Source: Polyangiales bacterium
Lineage (GTDB): Bacteria; Myxococcota_A; Polyangia; Polyangiales; Polyangiaceae
Length of the DNA stretch: 64,000 bases
Reading direction: 5' to 3'
Assembly: GCA_038230375.1 (NCBI GenBank)
Contig: JBBRNJ010000007.1
Coordinates: forward strand, 104,004 to 168,003
Part shown: in pieces, positions 30,101 through 39,516 of the stretch
Layout: each line of letters starts with the position of its first letter
Position numbering within the stretch: position 1 is the first letter of the stretch
Position numbers and translations under genes: made by a program
Notes under the pieces: model-generated
Told to the model about the DNA's origin: nothing
What the model saw: the letters and a program-made list of their open reading frames with translations, nothing else
Databases searched by the model: none

Positions 30101-30883
30101 ATGCGCACCACTCTTCTGGTTCTCGCCCTATCGATGTTCACCACGACGTCCGCCCTCGCCGATGACAGCGCATCCGCGCCGGCCGGCCACGAGCGGCTCG
30201 GCTATCAACTGGAGTCTGGAGTGGCGTCCACGTACGTGTTCCGCGGTCGCCCGCAGTACGCGGACCGCAAGGATGCGAGCAGTCAGTCCACGGCGGCGCT
30301 CACGCTGAAGCACGCAGGGCCCGGAGAGCTGAGCGTGAACATGTGGAACGCCACGGCCCTCACCACGGCGCACGCGCAGCCGGGCACTGCGACGGAGATC
30401 GATCTCACCGCGAGCTACGCGTACACGTTCGCGGACAAGGTCGCGACGAGCGCGGGCTACATCGCATACCTGTATCCGAACCACCTGGCCGCGCAGCACG
30501 TGGACGGAGCGCACGAGCTCTTCGGAACCGCAGCGCTGCCGAACGCGATCGTCACCCCGAGCGTGGGCGTCTACGGTGAGGTCGCAAGGCTCCGCGGCGC
30601 GTACACGACTGCGGGTCTCTCACACGTCTTCGCGGTGAGGACGCTGACGTTCACGCCAACAGCGTCCCTCGGAATGGCAGCGTACGACGGCAATCCCGCG
30701 CACCTGAACGACGTGTCCGCGATGCTCACGAGCCAGTGGAACTTCGCAGAGCCCGCCTATGTGAACCTGCGGGTCGCGTACTCGTACATGGGCGGCAGAG
30801 CCGCGGACGTACCGGGCCAGAACGGGTCGCTGAGCGGCCGCTCTGCCCCGTGGGTCATGCTCGCATTCGGCATCGCGCGCTGA
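30101..30883 (+). CDS. Putative outer-membrane beta-barrel protein (TorF-like)
   Basis: Signal peptide; VASTYVFRG; EIDLTASY; GYIAYLYP; alternating aromatic strands. Confidence 0.65.
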   Translation: MRTTLLVLALSMFTTTSALADDSASAPAGHERLGYQLESGVASTYVFRGRPQYADRKDASSQSTAALTLKHAGPGELSVNMWNATALTTAHAQPGTATEIDLTASYAYTFADKVATSAGYIAYLYPNHLAAQHVDGAHELFGTAALPNAIVTPSVGVYGEVARLRGAYTTAGLSHVFAVRTLTFTPTASLGMAAYDGNPAHLNDVSAMLTSQWNFAEPAYVNLRVAYSYMGGRAADVPGQNGSLSGRSAPWVMLAFGIAR

Positions 30884-30946
30884 ACTGACAGAGGTTCGGC
30901 AGACCATCGGTTGGCGCACTGCTGCTGTCCCGTGATCGACGCGTGA

Positions 30947-33900
30947 TCAGCCGGACGGCTCGTCCAGGTTCTTGCGAACGAGCGGCGTCACGATATCGGC
31001 AGCCCGCGCGAGAACGTCCGCGCGGGCGGCCTCGACCACCGCGGGATCACCGGCCAGGCGGCCCAGGCGCAGGCGGTGAAGCGCGGCTGCGATCGAGGCC
31101 TCGCGCAGACCCATTTCGAGCGCCTGCCTCTCTCCTTCGAGGAGTAGCTCCAGTCCGCCGCGCGGATCTTCCGTCAGCGCCCGCGCCATCCCCAGGTGGA
31201 CCCTTCCCTCGATCGTGACGACGTCGTTCTTGGAGTCCGCCGCCAGTGAGAGCGCGCCCTCCAGCAGCGGAAGCGCGTCGTCCGCGCGCCCCGCGAACAA
31301 CAACGTCTGTCCGAGGTTCACGGAAGCGTTGGCCACCTCGCTCCAGACGCCGAGGGCGCGGTAGAGCGCGACAACCTCGCGGTAGCCACGCTCCGCTTCG
31401 GCGAAGTTACCGGAGTGAAGCTCCACCCAGGAGAGGCCGCTCGTGGCGGCCGCGTCCAGGGGCAGGTGTCTCTGGGCACGCGCGAAGGCCACGACTCTCC
31501 CGTAGAGCCTGCGCGCCTCCGGCAGGTCGGCCTCGATCAGGCGGGCCCGCGCGAGGTCGACGCGCGCGTCGCGGTAGGGCTCTCCGCGAACCAGCGTCGC
31601 GGCCTTGTCGATCCACTCCGTGGCCTTGCCGATGTCACCCGTGAACTCGTACGTGCGCGCAACGAGCAACGCCGCGTCGAAGCGCAGGAGTCGGCTCTCC
31701 TCGGATGTCTCAGCCGATGCCTGCGCCAGGTGCTCTCGTGCAGCGTCCCGGTCGGTCCACGACAGTGCCTCTCCGAGCCAGCGGTGCGCATGAAGGCGCT
31801 CCGCCGGGTCCAGCTCTGCCCAGTGCTGCTGCAGCACGATGCGGCCTTGATGGACGGTCTCCCGCGGGTTCGCGCGCCGTCCAAGGCCGATGAGCTTCCA
31901 GAGCGCGAGCTTCGCCACGCGTCGCGGGCTCGGTCGCTCGGCCTCCGGGAGTGCGGCCACCGTCGCCTCCCAGCGATCCACGAGGGACACGGCCTCTTCG
32001 TGAAGCCCCGCATTGATCGCGAGCAGCGTTGCCTTCTCGTACTCCTCGGCGGCGCGTGCGAATTGTCCCGCGCGTTCGCGGTGGATGGCCAGCGCCGCGG
32101 GCGCACGCGCGGGGTCGGCCGCGTGGAGCGCCTCGAGCGCGTCGGCGATCGTCTGGTGGACCAGGCGTCGGCGCGCGTCGGGGATGGTCCCGTACGCGAC
32201 GGCGCGCGTCAGTTCGTCACGGAACAGGTAGCCCTGGTTGGCTTCGTCGGCGGCGATGACCCGTTGGCCTTCGAGGTTCGAGATCGCGGCGGGGAGCATG
32301 CTCGCGTCGAGCTCGGCCGTCGCGACACGCTCGAGGAGGTCCGTCGGAAACCTCTCGCCGATGGCGCTCGCCGTGCGGAGCAGGCGCCGCTCGACCTCCC
32401 CGAGCTCGTCGATGCGGGCGAGGGCCACGTTCGCCATCGACGCCGGCACCACGCTGTCCAAAAAATCTTCGCCACCGGGCGTCACCGCCACGCCCGCGCG
32501 CACGCTGACCAGCCCTTGATTGCGCAGGAAGCGGACCAGGTCCACGATCTGCCCCGGATTGCCGGCCGTGCGGCGCAGGCAGAAGGAGAGCAGTCTTGGG
32601 TCCACGTTCTCGGCGCGGAGCTCGTGGCGAATGAGCTCGCTCGTGCCCTCGGCGTCGAGCGGTCCGAGCAAGATCTGCTCCTCCACCACACGCGCGAGGG
32701 AGGCGATGACTGGGTCGGGTCTATAGGTGACGACGAGGAGCGAGCGCGCAAGCCGCGTGAGGTGGCTCGCGCGCATGGTCAGCTCCAGCGTGAGCGCATC
32801 CGCATGGTGCAGGTCCTCCAACACGTAGAGGAGCGGCTCCTGCTGCATGCGAGCCCCGAAGAACCTGAGCACGGCGCCGATGATGCGCTCGTGCGAGTGG
32901 AGGTCGCCAAAATCGATCCCCGACTCGACCGTGCCGTCGGCGCCGCGCGTCGGCGCCAGGAGCGCGAGCATCTCGGCCGCGCCCTCGAAGCCGAAGCCGT
33001 CGAAACCACGTCTGATGGCCGCGACGCGCGCCGCGTGGGTGTCGCTCGATGTGAGGCCGAGGAAGCTCTCGAACATGGACACGATGGGGGCGAGCGGAGC
33101 GCCACGAAGCGAGTAGCGGCAGTGCCCGAGGATTCCGATGCCGCCACGGCGTGTCCACTCGTCGATCACCTGGGCAAGGTGAGCGCTCTTGCCAGTGCCC
33201 GCAGCGCCAGAGATGGCGACGAGGGCTCCGTCGCCGTTCCAGGCGCGCTCCACACGAGCGGCCAGGCGCGAGGTGGCCTCCGCGCGACCGGCGTAGAAGC
33301 GCTGGGCCTTGCGCATGCGCACGTAGCGCGCCCCCTTCTTCGATGGAGCGTGGACCACGTGTAGTCCCACCGGCTCCGCCTTGCCCTTGGCGACAAGCGC
33401 TGGTCGGACGGAGCTCTCGAACTCTGCCGCCGCCGCGCTCCTGACCGCGTCGGTCGCGAGTAGCTCGAACGGCCCGGCCGCAGCTGCGACGCGCGCCGCC
33501 GTGTTCACAGCGTCGCCGACGACCGTGATGTCGTGCCGGTAGTCGCTGCCGAACGTTCCGAAGTACACGCGCCCCACATGCGCACCGACACGGATGGAGA
33601 GCGGCGTATCGGGCATGGTCGCGCTGAGGCTCTTGAAGCGGCTACAAGCCTCCAGGCCCGCGAGCATGGCCCTCTCCGCGTCGTTCTCGGCGGGCATGAT
33701 GAGGCCGAACACCACGAGGACGCGGTGTCCCCTCTCCGTGAGGTCGACCTTGGTAACGATGCCGTCGTATTTCCGGAACACGCTCAGAAACGAACGTACG
33801 ACGGTGAACGTGCCGTCCGCGGGCCGGTCTCCCAGATCCAGTCCCTCCACCTCCGCGAAGAGGATCACCACGTCCCGGAGCTCTCCATCCACGCGCCAGC

Positions 33901-34684
33901 CCAGAGGAGTGGTCTTGAGGCGTGCGGCCAGAGGGGGCGCCACGAACGGCTCCAGAAGCGCGAGCTTCATGTCGACGTCGGTATCGATCCTGCCGTCCAG
34001 CTCCACTGTCGGACAACGAGGCTGCGGAGTCGCGAGCCCGCGCAGAACCGCTTCGCCGGAGGGCAGGGGGCTGAGCGCGGCATCTGCACCGAGACGTCGG
34101 GCGAGGTCCGCGTCAACGACGATCTCACCGGGGCTCGCGAGTCTTTGCAGGATGACGGCACGGTGAGCGGTGGTTCCTCCGAGAGCCAGCCCGCGTTGCA
34201 CGGCGTCGCCCACGACGGTGAGCCGCACGTTCCCCGTGGCCAGGCCCACGCGGAGGTAGAGCTCGCGCCCTTCGGCGGCGAGTAGCTTGCTCAGCTTCTC
34301 GCGCATCAGCTCCTGCGCTGAGAGCGCAGATGCCGCCGCGTTCTTCTCGTGTCCTTCGCCACGGAACACCGCAGTGAGCGAGTCCCCACCGAACTGGATC
34401 ACGTACCCTTTGTACGGGAAGACGGCGTCCTCCAGGAGGCTTGCGAATATGGCGTTCAACGCCTGCGTGAGGCGACCCATGGAGCTGGGCCCCGCTCTTG
34501 CCAGCTCTTCGCACAGTGGCGTGAAGCCGACCAGGTCCGCGAAGAGCACGCTCCCTTCGAACGTCTCTCGCTGCGGTATCGCATCCTCGACCGGGTTGGC
34601 AAGCACCGCCTCCACGATCGAGTAAGGCACCGTGCGACAAAGCGCAGCCAGGTATGCGCCGCGGTCGAGCCCCTTCTTGTTCAT
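30947..34684 (-). CDS. Class III nucleotidyl cyclase (two cyclase domains) + STAND/AAA ATPase + TPR repeats, soluble-adenylyl-cyclase-like
   Basis: FADLVGFT and FGGDSL (C1); TVVGDAVNTAAR and KGK (C2); GAAGTGKS Walker A; YVLEDLH Walker B; TAGNP; helical repeat C-terminus. Confidence 0.88.
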   Translation of the reverse strand: MNKKGLDRGAYLAALCRTVPYSIVEAVLANPVEDAIPQRETFEGSVLFADLVGFTPLCEELARAGPSSMGRLTQALNAIFASLLEDAVFPYKGYVIQFGGDSLTAVFRGEGHEKNAAASALSAQELMREKLSKLLAAEGRELYLRVGLATGNVRLTVVGDAVQRGLALGGTTAHRAVILQRLASPGEIVVDADLARRLGADAALSPLPSGEAVLRGLATPQPRCPTVELDGRIDTDVDMKLALLEPFVAPPLAARLKTTPLGWRVDGELRDVVILFAEVEGLDLGDRPADGTFTVVRSFLSVFRKYDGIVTKVDLTERGHRVLVVFGLIMPAENDAERAMLAGLEACSRFKSLSATMPDTPLSIRVGAHVGRVYFGTFGSDYRHDITVVGDAVNTAARVAAAAGPFELLATDAVRSAAAAEFESSVRPALVAKGKAEPVGLHVVHAPSKKGARYVRMRKAQRFYAGRAEATSRLAARVERAWNGDGALVAISGAAGTGKSAHLAQVIDEWTRRGGIGILGHCRYSLRGAPLAPIVSMFESFLGLTSSDTHAARVAAIRRGFDGFGFEGAAEMLALLAPTRGADGTVESGIDFGDLHSHERIIGAVLRFFGARMQQEPLLYVLEDLHHADALTLELTMRASHLTRLARSLLVVTYRPDPVIASLARVVEEQILLGPLDAEGTSELIRHELRAENVDPRLLSFCLRRTAGNPGQIVDLVRFLRNQGLVSVRAGVAVTPGGEDFLDSVVPASMANVALARIDELGEVERRLLRTASAIGERFPTDLLERVATAELDASMLPAAISNLEGQRVIAADEANQGYLFRDELTRAVAYGTIPDARRRLVHQTIADALEALHAADPARAPAALAIHRERAGQFARAAEEYEKATLLAINAGLHEEAVSLVDRWEATVAALPEAERPSPRRVAKLALWKLIGLGRRANPRETVHQGRIVLQQHWAELDPAERLHAHRWLGEALSWTDRDAAREHLAQASAETSEESRLLRFDAALLVARTYEFTGDIGKATEWIDKAATLVRGEPYRDARVDLARARLIEADLPEARRLYGRVVAFARAQRHLPLDAAATSGLSWVELHSGNFAEAERGYREVVALYRALGVWSEVANASVNLGQTLLFAGRADDALPLLEGALSLAADSKNDVVTIEGRVHLGMARALTEDPRGGLELLLEGERQALEMGLREASIAAALHRLRLGRLAGDPAVVEAARADVLARAADIVTPLVRKNLDEPSG

Positions 34685-36090
34685 CCACTCCCGAGTCTAT
34701 CACCGTCGGCCAGTATCCATCGTCGACGTCGCGCGACGAACGCCGCCGCGGCCAGGAGCAGTAGGCCCGCTGACCACCGCTTTCCCGCTGGTGCTCCCGC
34801 CTGATCGCAGGCGCAGCGCGACTCCGGCTTCGGCGTGCTCACAGCCGGTGAGGGCTCGCCTGCGTCCGCGGTTGTCGTTGGTCTCTCGATTCCTATGACG
34901 GCTCGCTGCTGCGGCCAGTCCGCGCGGCATAGCTCCGCGGTGCGCGTTCCCGCGGGGCAGGTGAGCGGGCCTCGCAGATCACCGAGGTGCGCGCGTGCTT
35001 GCCATGTCTTGCCGCGGTCGGTCGACACGCCGCCTATGAAGCCTGCTGCTTCGTTCGAGCACGCCCACAGCTCTCCCTTCTGAAACGCGAGGCACGCGAC
35101 CGGCAGATCGCTCGCCTTCACGAACGGGGTCTCGCGCGCGGCGTTCGTGACGTCCGTCTTCGTGGCAGCCCACACGCCGTCCTTCGGGCTGCCCGCGAAG
35201 ATGGTCTCGCCGTCGTCGGAGAGCGCGAAGCCCTTCATCGGTCCTGTCGTCGTGAACGCCGTCTTCCACGTCTTCCCCGCGTCCTTCGTGAACAGCAGGC
35301 GCGCGCCTTGATCGACCGTGCCCAGCACGCGCACCCACAGGATGTCTGCGTCCTTCGGATCGAGCGCGGCGATGAACGGCGCGCGCTCCGTCCTGCGCGG
35401 TCCGAGATCACCCGCGGCAGATCTCGCGAGCGGGATCGCCCGCTCGGTGAACGTCAGGCCTCCGTCGTCGGAGCGCAGGAGCACACCGGAGACGTCGGGC
35501 ATGGAGCCACGGATGCCGGAGATGAAGATGCGGTCCGGGACCACCGGCGACACGTCCACGGTCTGGAGGAGCAGCGATGGATCGAGCGGCTGCCCTCTTC
35601 GCTCCCACGTCTTGCCGGCGTCCTTGGTGACGAAGACCTCGGACGAGAAGAGCGCGTTGCCTGCGTCGTCGTTCCGGTTCGCGTAGCCAGAGGTGATCGC
35701 AACGCCGGTCTTGCCGTCGCTCTTCCGGACGGACACGTCGACGAAGACCTTCTTGTCGAGAGCCCCCTCCTGGAAGGCGAAGCTGCACGCGCGATCGTGC
35801 GAGACCGAGAGCCCCTCGAAGAGCGCCGCCGCAACAGTGCCGTCAGCGAACACGCCGATGGTGGGGTCCTCTGGGCCACTGAAGCCGAGCGAGCGCTCGC
35901 AGACCCAGTCCCACGTGCGTCCGGCGTCCGACGACACGAGGAGCCCGAACGTGGCGCGCAGATAGACACGCGAAGGATCCGAGGGATCGAACGTGATCGC
36001 ATTCGACGCAGGAAAACGCCCGTTCGCCCGCGCCTTCGCAGGAGCAAGGAGGACGAACAGACACGAGAGGAGCGTGAGCCTTCGGAGCAA
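34681..36090 (-). CDS. Secreted BNR/Asp-box beta-propeller protein with MYXO-CTERM-like tail
   Basis: Signal peptide + ANGRFP; repeated S/TxDxGxTW boxes (SSDAGRTW, TKDAGKTW, SDDGGLTF, STDRGKTW); CAC...LLLLAAAAFVARRRR tail. Confidence 0.8.
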   Translation of the reverse strand: MLRRLTLLSCLFVLLAPAKARANGRFPASNAITFDPSDPSRVYLRATFGLLVSSDAGRTWDWVCERSLGFSGPEDPTIGVFADGTVAAALFEGLSVSHDRACSFAFQEGALDKKVFVDVSVRKSDGKTGVAITSGYANRNDDAGNALFSSEVFVTKDAGKTWERRGQPLDPSLLLQTVDVSPVVPDRIFISGIRGSMPDVSGVLLRSDDGGLTFTERAIPLARSAAGDLGPRRTERAPFIAALDPKDADILWVRVLGTVDQGARLLFTKDAGKTWKTAFTTTGPMKGFALSDDGETIFAGSPKDGVWAATKTDVTNAARETPFVKASDLPVACLAFQKGELWACSNEAAGFIGGVSTDRGKTWQARAHLGDLRGPLTCPAGTRTAELCRADWPQQRAVIGIERPTTTADAGEPSPAVSTPKPESRCACDQAGAPAGKRWSAGLLLLAAAAFVARRRRWILADGDRLGSG

Positions 36091-36103
36091 GCGCCCGAAC
36101 GTA

Positions 36104-36619
36104 TCAGTCCGGAACGCAGAACGTCACGACGGACGAGTCCGACTGCGCGCCCATCGCGGAGGGCCGGGTAACGGTGAACGTGAGCTGCCAGATGCCGGGC
36201 ATGAACGTGTTCACATGATCGATCTCGATGCTGCCATCCGGCTTCGTGGGACCCACGAGCGGAATGATGGAGCTGCCGTGGCCGTGGTCCGGCATGAACG
36301 GCTTCAGCGTGAGGGTGGCGTCGGTGACAGGGTTGCCCGCAGCATCCACGACGGTGACAGTGAGCGTGTTCTCGCCCTTCACGAGCGGCCATGGATCGAC
36401 GCCGTCCAGCCTCACGCTGAACGTCCCCGTTGTCCCCTTCACGACCATGTTCGACGCGTAGACGGTGGCGCGCGTGTCCGTGCTGCACAGAGACGGCGGA
36501 TTCGTGGCAGTTCCGCCACTGCTGTTGGAAGAAGAGCTACACGCGCTGACGAGCGACAGGCAAAAAAGCCCGCCGAGAACGCCAACGAGCTGCTTCGAAC
36601 CGAACATCGACATGGTCAT
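36104..36619 (-). CDS. FixH/YtkA-like Ig-fold lipoprotein
   Basis: Lipobox VSAC; KGENTLTVTVVDAAGNPV; MPDHGHG; FMPGIW. Confidence 0.75.
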   Translation of the reverse strand: MTMSMFGSKQLVGVLGGLFCLSLVSACSSSSNSSGGTATNPPSLCSTDTRATVYASNMVVKGTTGTFSVRLDGVDPWPLVKGENTLTVTVVDAAGNPVTDATLTLKPFMPDHGHGSSIIPLVGPTKPDGSIEIDHVNTFMPGIWQLTFTVTRPSAMGAQSDSSVVTFCVPD

Positions 36620-36741
36620 GGTGACATCGCACGGCGAAAAACGCCACGCACACAGGGTCTACGCCCCAACCTCCTGATCGGTTTCGCTCGCAATCGCCAA
36701 CCCCAAAAATCTCCGCACTTCCGGCGTTCCTGTCGATCCCC

Positions 36742-37950
36742 TCAGGCCGCGAGCAACGACTCCGGAAGGCCAAACTCTGCCGTAGCCTGCGAAACGCCTA
36801 CCGCGATGACGCGGTCCCAGTAGCGAAGTCCGGACGCGAGCGCCTTGTCCTCCGCGCCTGGCACCGTGCGCATCACAAGGTCCCCGGTGCGAACGAGGCG
36901 GCGAAGGATCGGGCGTCCCAGCTCCAGCGGGGTCCGCATCACGCCCAGCTGATCCGCCACGCTGTCCCCGCACAGCATGCGCACGAAGACCGCGCCAAGG
37001 TGTGCCTTGGCCGCGCCCCGTCGCTTCCCCCGCGGCGACTTCGCGGAATTCATCTCCGCGAACAGGAGCGCACGCGTGAGCGCGCGCGAGTCCTGATCGG
37101 GCTCAGCCTGCGTCGCGCGCACGAGCTCCGTCAGCCGATCGGCGTCTGCGATGGAGGCGGGCGCGAGCTCCGGCGTGACCCCGATCACGTGCGACACCCA
37201 ACGCCAGAGATGCATGTAGCGCTCTGCGTCCTCGGACCGCACGGACACACCCAGCTTCTGGAGCCCGTCGAGCACGACGCTCGAGAAGAGGATCTGCGTG
37301 GACGCCATGTCGTGCTGGTTGATCGGAAGCCCCCACGCTTCCATGCGCCACCTGTCAGAGCGCAGGATCATGCGCCGGACCTGCGCGTGCATCAGGCGCA
37401 CGCGCAGCGTGATCGAATGGCCCAGCGCGCCCGGGCGCATGCCGCCTTTCCTGCAGACCGCCTGCACGAAGCGCGCGGTCTCGTTCAGGCGCGACTGCGC
37501 TTGCTGCTCCAGCCGCCCCGACAGCACGAGTGGCTTGTTGCCGCCTGGCGACGCGTAGCCGAGCGGCAGCGACTCCGCGCCGAGCACCATGCCGCCGAGC
37601 AGGCCCGAGCGCAGGAGCACCGCACCGCCGTGATCGACCGCGCGCCAGTCCACCCACGCGGGCACCGTGTACGCCGCTTCTACCAACCGAGAGAGCGCCG
37701 GCGCGTCCTTGTGGGTGTGCGGGGGCTCGGGGTTCAAGCGCGACGCAGGGTCCGCGCAGAGCTCCTTGAAGATGCGCTGGCCTTCGCCCTTGGGCAGCGA
37801 TTCGATCTCGTCTATCGCAGCGTCCGCGAGCGCGTCCGTCTCGTAGAGCAGCGCGCCAACGCGATCCACGCGGTCGCCGAAGCGCGCACGCGCCTCTTCG
37901 ACATGGACGAAGCGGGTCGGGACCGGAGCGGCGCCGGCGGAGCTCTGCAT
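36742..37950 (-). CDS. MpaB/Lcp (rubber-oxygenase)-family haem protein
   Basis: PAWVDW, RLNETARF, RVRLMHAQVR, WGLPINQHDM and YMHLWRW motifs. Confidence 0.8.
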   Translation of the reverse strand: MQSSAGAAPVPTRFVHVEEARARFGDRVDRVGALLYETDALADAAIDEIESLPKGEGQRIFKELCADPASRLNPEPPHTHKDAPALSRLVEAAYTVPAWVDWRAVDHGGAVLLRSGLLGGMVLGAESLPLGYASPGGNKPLVLSGRLEQQAQSRLNETARFVQAVCRKGGMRPGALGHSITLRVRLMHAQVRRMILRSDRWRMEAWGLPINQHDMASTQILFSSVVLDGLQKLGVSVRSEDAERYMHLWRWVSHVIGVTPELAPASIADADRLTELVRATQAEPDQDSRALTRALLFAEMNSAKSPRGKRRGAAKAHLGAVFVRMLCGDSVADQLGVMRTPLELGRPILRRLVRTGDLVMRTVPGAEDKALASGLRYWDRVIAVGVSQATAEFGLPESLLAA

Positions 37951-37956
37951 GTCACC

Positions 37957-38622
37957 TCATCTCATGAGGTGCGGCGGCGTGTAGGACTGGCCCTGCATCT
38001 GCTGCATGGGCATGGGGCCGCCCATGGGCATAGTGTTCTGTCCCATGCAGGTCGCGTCCGCAGCGGCGGCGTGGAGGCCCATGAGCCACGCGGAGCGGTC
38101 ATCGATCTTCTTCACCCAGAGCGTGCGCTGGCGCCGATACGCAAACTGCACGATCAGGGGCGCGACCAGCAGCGCGAGGAACGAGAACGCGATGAGCGGG
38201 CCGCCCACCTCTTCCAGCTCGCCCGCGCACAGGCCAATGCCCAGGAGCAGCATCACGATGCCGACGCCGAACGAGAGGGCGAGGTTGCGGTTGCCCTTCT
38301 TCCACTCGTTGTCGCACGCGTGGCATAGGGGGACGTTGTACGCGGCGGACTTGCGCACGACCGCCGACAGGATCGCCCCGATGAGCGGCGACACGAAGAA
38401 CGCGAACCACACCCACTGCGGCGTGAAGCTGAAGTTCTTGCGCGGGTACGCCGCGACCTGCGGATTGCTGCACTTGGTGCAGACGTTCGCGAGCTGCCCG
38501 AACTTCGGCATCACGAGCGCGTCGAAGTCGCGGTACGGGCCGGTAGGCATGCCGTAGCCGTAACCGTAAGGAGCCATGCCCGGCTGCTGCGGGGGCGGTG
38601 CGTAGGGGTTGTACGGATTCAC
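37957..38622 (-). CDS. Hypothetical membrane protein with two CxxC motifs and low-complexity termini
   Basis: NPYNPYAPP N-terminus; CTKC and CHAC; three hydrophobic segments; start codon uncertain (GTG 38622). Confidence 0.65.
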   Translation of the reverse strand: MNPYNPYAPPPQQPGMAPYGYGYGMPTGPYRDFDALVMPKFGQLANVCTKCSNPQVAAYPRKNFSFTPQWVWFAFFVSPLIGAILSAVVRKSAAYNVPLCHACDNEWKKGNRNLALSFGVGIVMLLLGIGLCAGELEEVGGPLIAFSFLALLVAPLIVQFAYRRQRTLWVKKIDDRSAWLMGLHAAAADATCMGQNTMPMGGPMPMQQMQGQSYTPPHLMR

Positions 38623-38689
38623 AATCGGGAACGTATCATCGGCGGCGGCTCGCCGCGAGGGTGGGCCGGTCGTGATATCTTGCGACCTC

Positions 38690-39400
38690 ATGCAAGCGAA
38701 CCACCGCGCCTCCACAGTGATGTTCGTGCCTGTTTTCCTGGGGCTCGCCGCGATGCTGGCCGCCTGCCCGAAGAAGGGCACCGACGCGGCGGACGCAGCG
38801 GCAGAGGCGGGCGCGGGCGCGGCCGTCGTGGACGCAGGCCCCGAGACCACGAACGAGGCGCAGATAACGCGCTACACCGACGACGAGAAGTCCATGGACC
38901 GCGCCGACGCGACGGTGAAGATCGCGAAGACGAATGCCATCACCGCCGTCCCCAAGGGTGACGTCGTCACGTCGCTCAAGAAGGGTGATGCCGTCACGCA
39001 GGTCGTGCTGCACAACGGCTACTACCTCGTGACCTTCGCCGACCCGAAGGACCCCACGAAGAAGCTCATGGGCTGGGTCGCGAAGCAGGCCTTCGACGAC
39101 GCCACGTACGTACCGGCGAAGAAGACCATGCCCGCCTGCGCCGCCGGCGGCATCCTCGTCACGAACGCACTCTCCCCCTTCATGCCCCGCTGCACCACGC
39201 ACTGCACGAAAGACGCCGACTGCACGAGCAAGATGTGCGACTCCGTGGTGCAACTGGATCCCAAGACAGGCGCGCCCATCGGCGAGGGCAGTGCCCAGTA
39301 CACGCAAGCCTGCGAGGCAGCCATAGCACCGCCACCCCCGACCCCGAGCACCGCCCCAACCCCAAGCACCACCCCCAAGGTCGACGCGGGGAAGCACTGA
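38690..39400 (+). CDS. Lipoprotein with SH3-like and Cys-rich regions
   Basis: Lipobox LAAC; LKKGDAVTQ...YYLV...MGWV SH3-like; CTTHCTKDADC. Confidence 0.65.
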   Translation: MQANHRASTVMFVPVFLGLAAMLAACPKKGTDAADAAAEAGAGAAVVDAGPETTNEAQITRYTDDEKSMDRADATVKIAKTNAITAVPKGDVVTSLKKGDAVTQVVLHNGYYLVTFADPKDPTKKLMGWVAKQAFDDATYVPAKKTMPACAAGGILVTNALSPFMPRCTTHCTKDADCTSKMCDSVVQLDPKTGAPIGEGSAQYTQACEAAIAPPPPTPSTAPTPSTTPKVDAGKH

Positions 39401-39409
39401 GCGGAGGTC

Positions 39410-39511
39410 GTCGAAGTCGAAGTCGAGGTCGAGGTCGAGGTCGAGGTCGAGGTCGAGGTCGAGGTCGAGGTCGAAGTCGAGGTCGAGGTCGAGGTCGAGG
39501 TCGAAGTCGAC
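39410..39511. repeat. Hexamer microsatellite (GTCGAR)x17
   Basis: 102 bp of GTCGAG/GTCGAA units ending GTCGAC; fills most of the gap between two convergent genes. Confidence 0.95.
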
Positions 39512-39516
39512 GCGGT

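Noticed and set aside
39410..39511. CRISPR array
   Set aside because: Contiguous 6-bp units with no spacers, and no cas genes in the window
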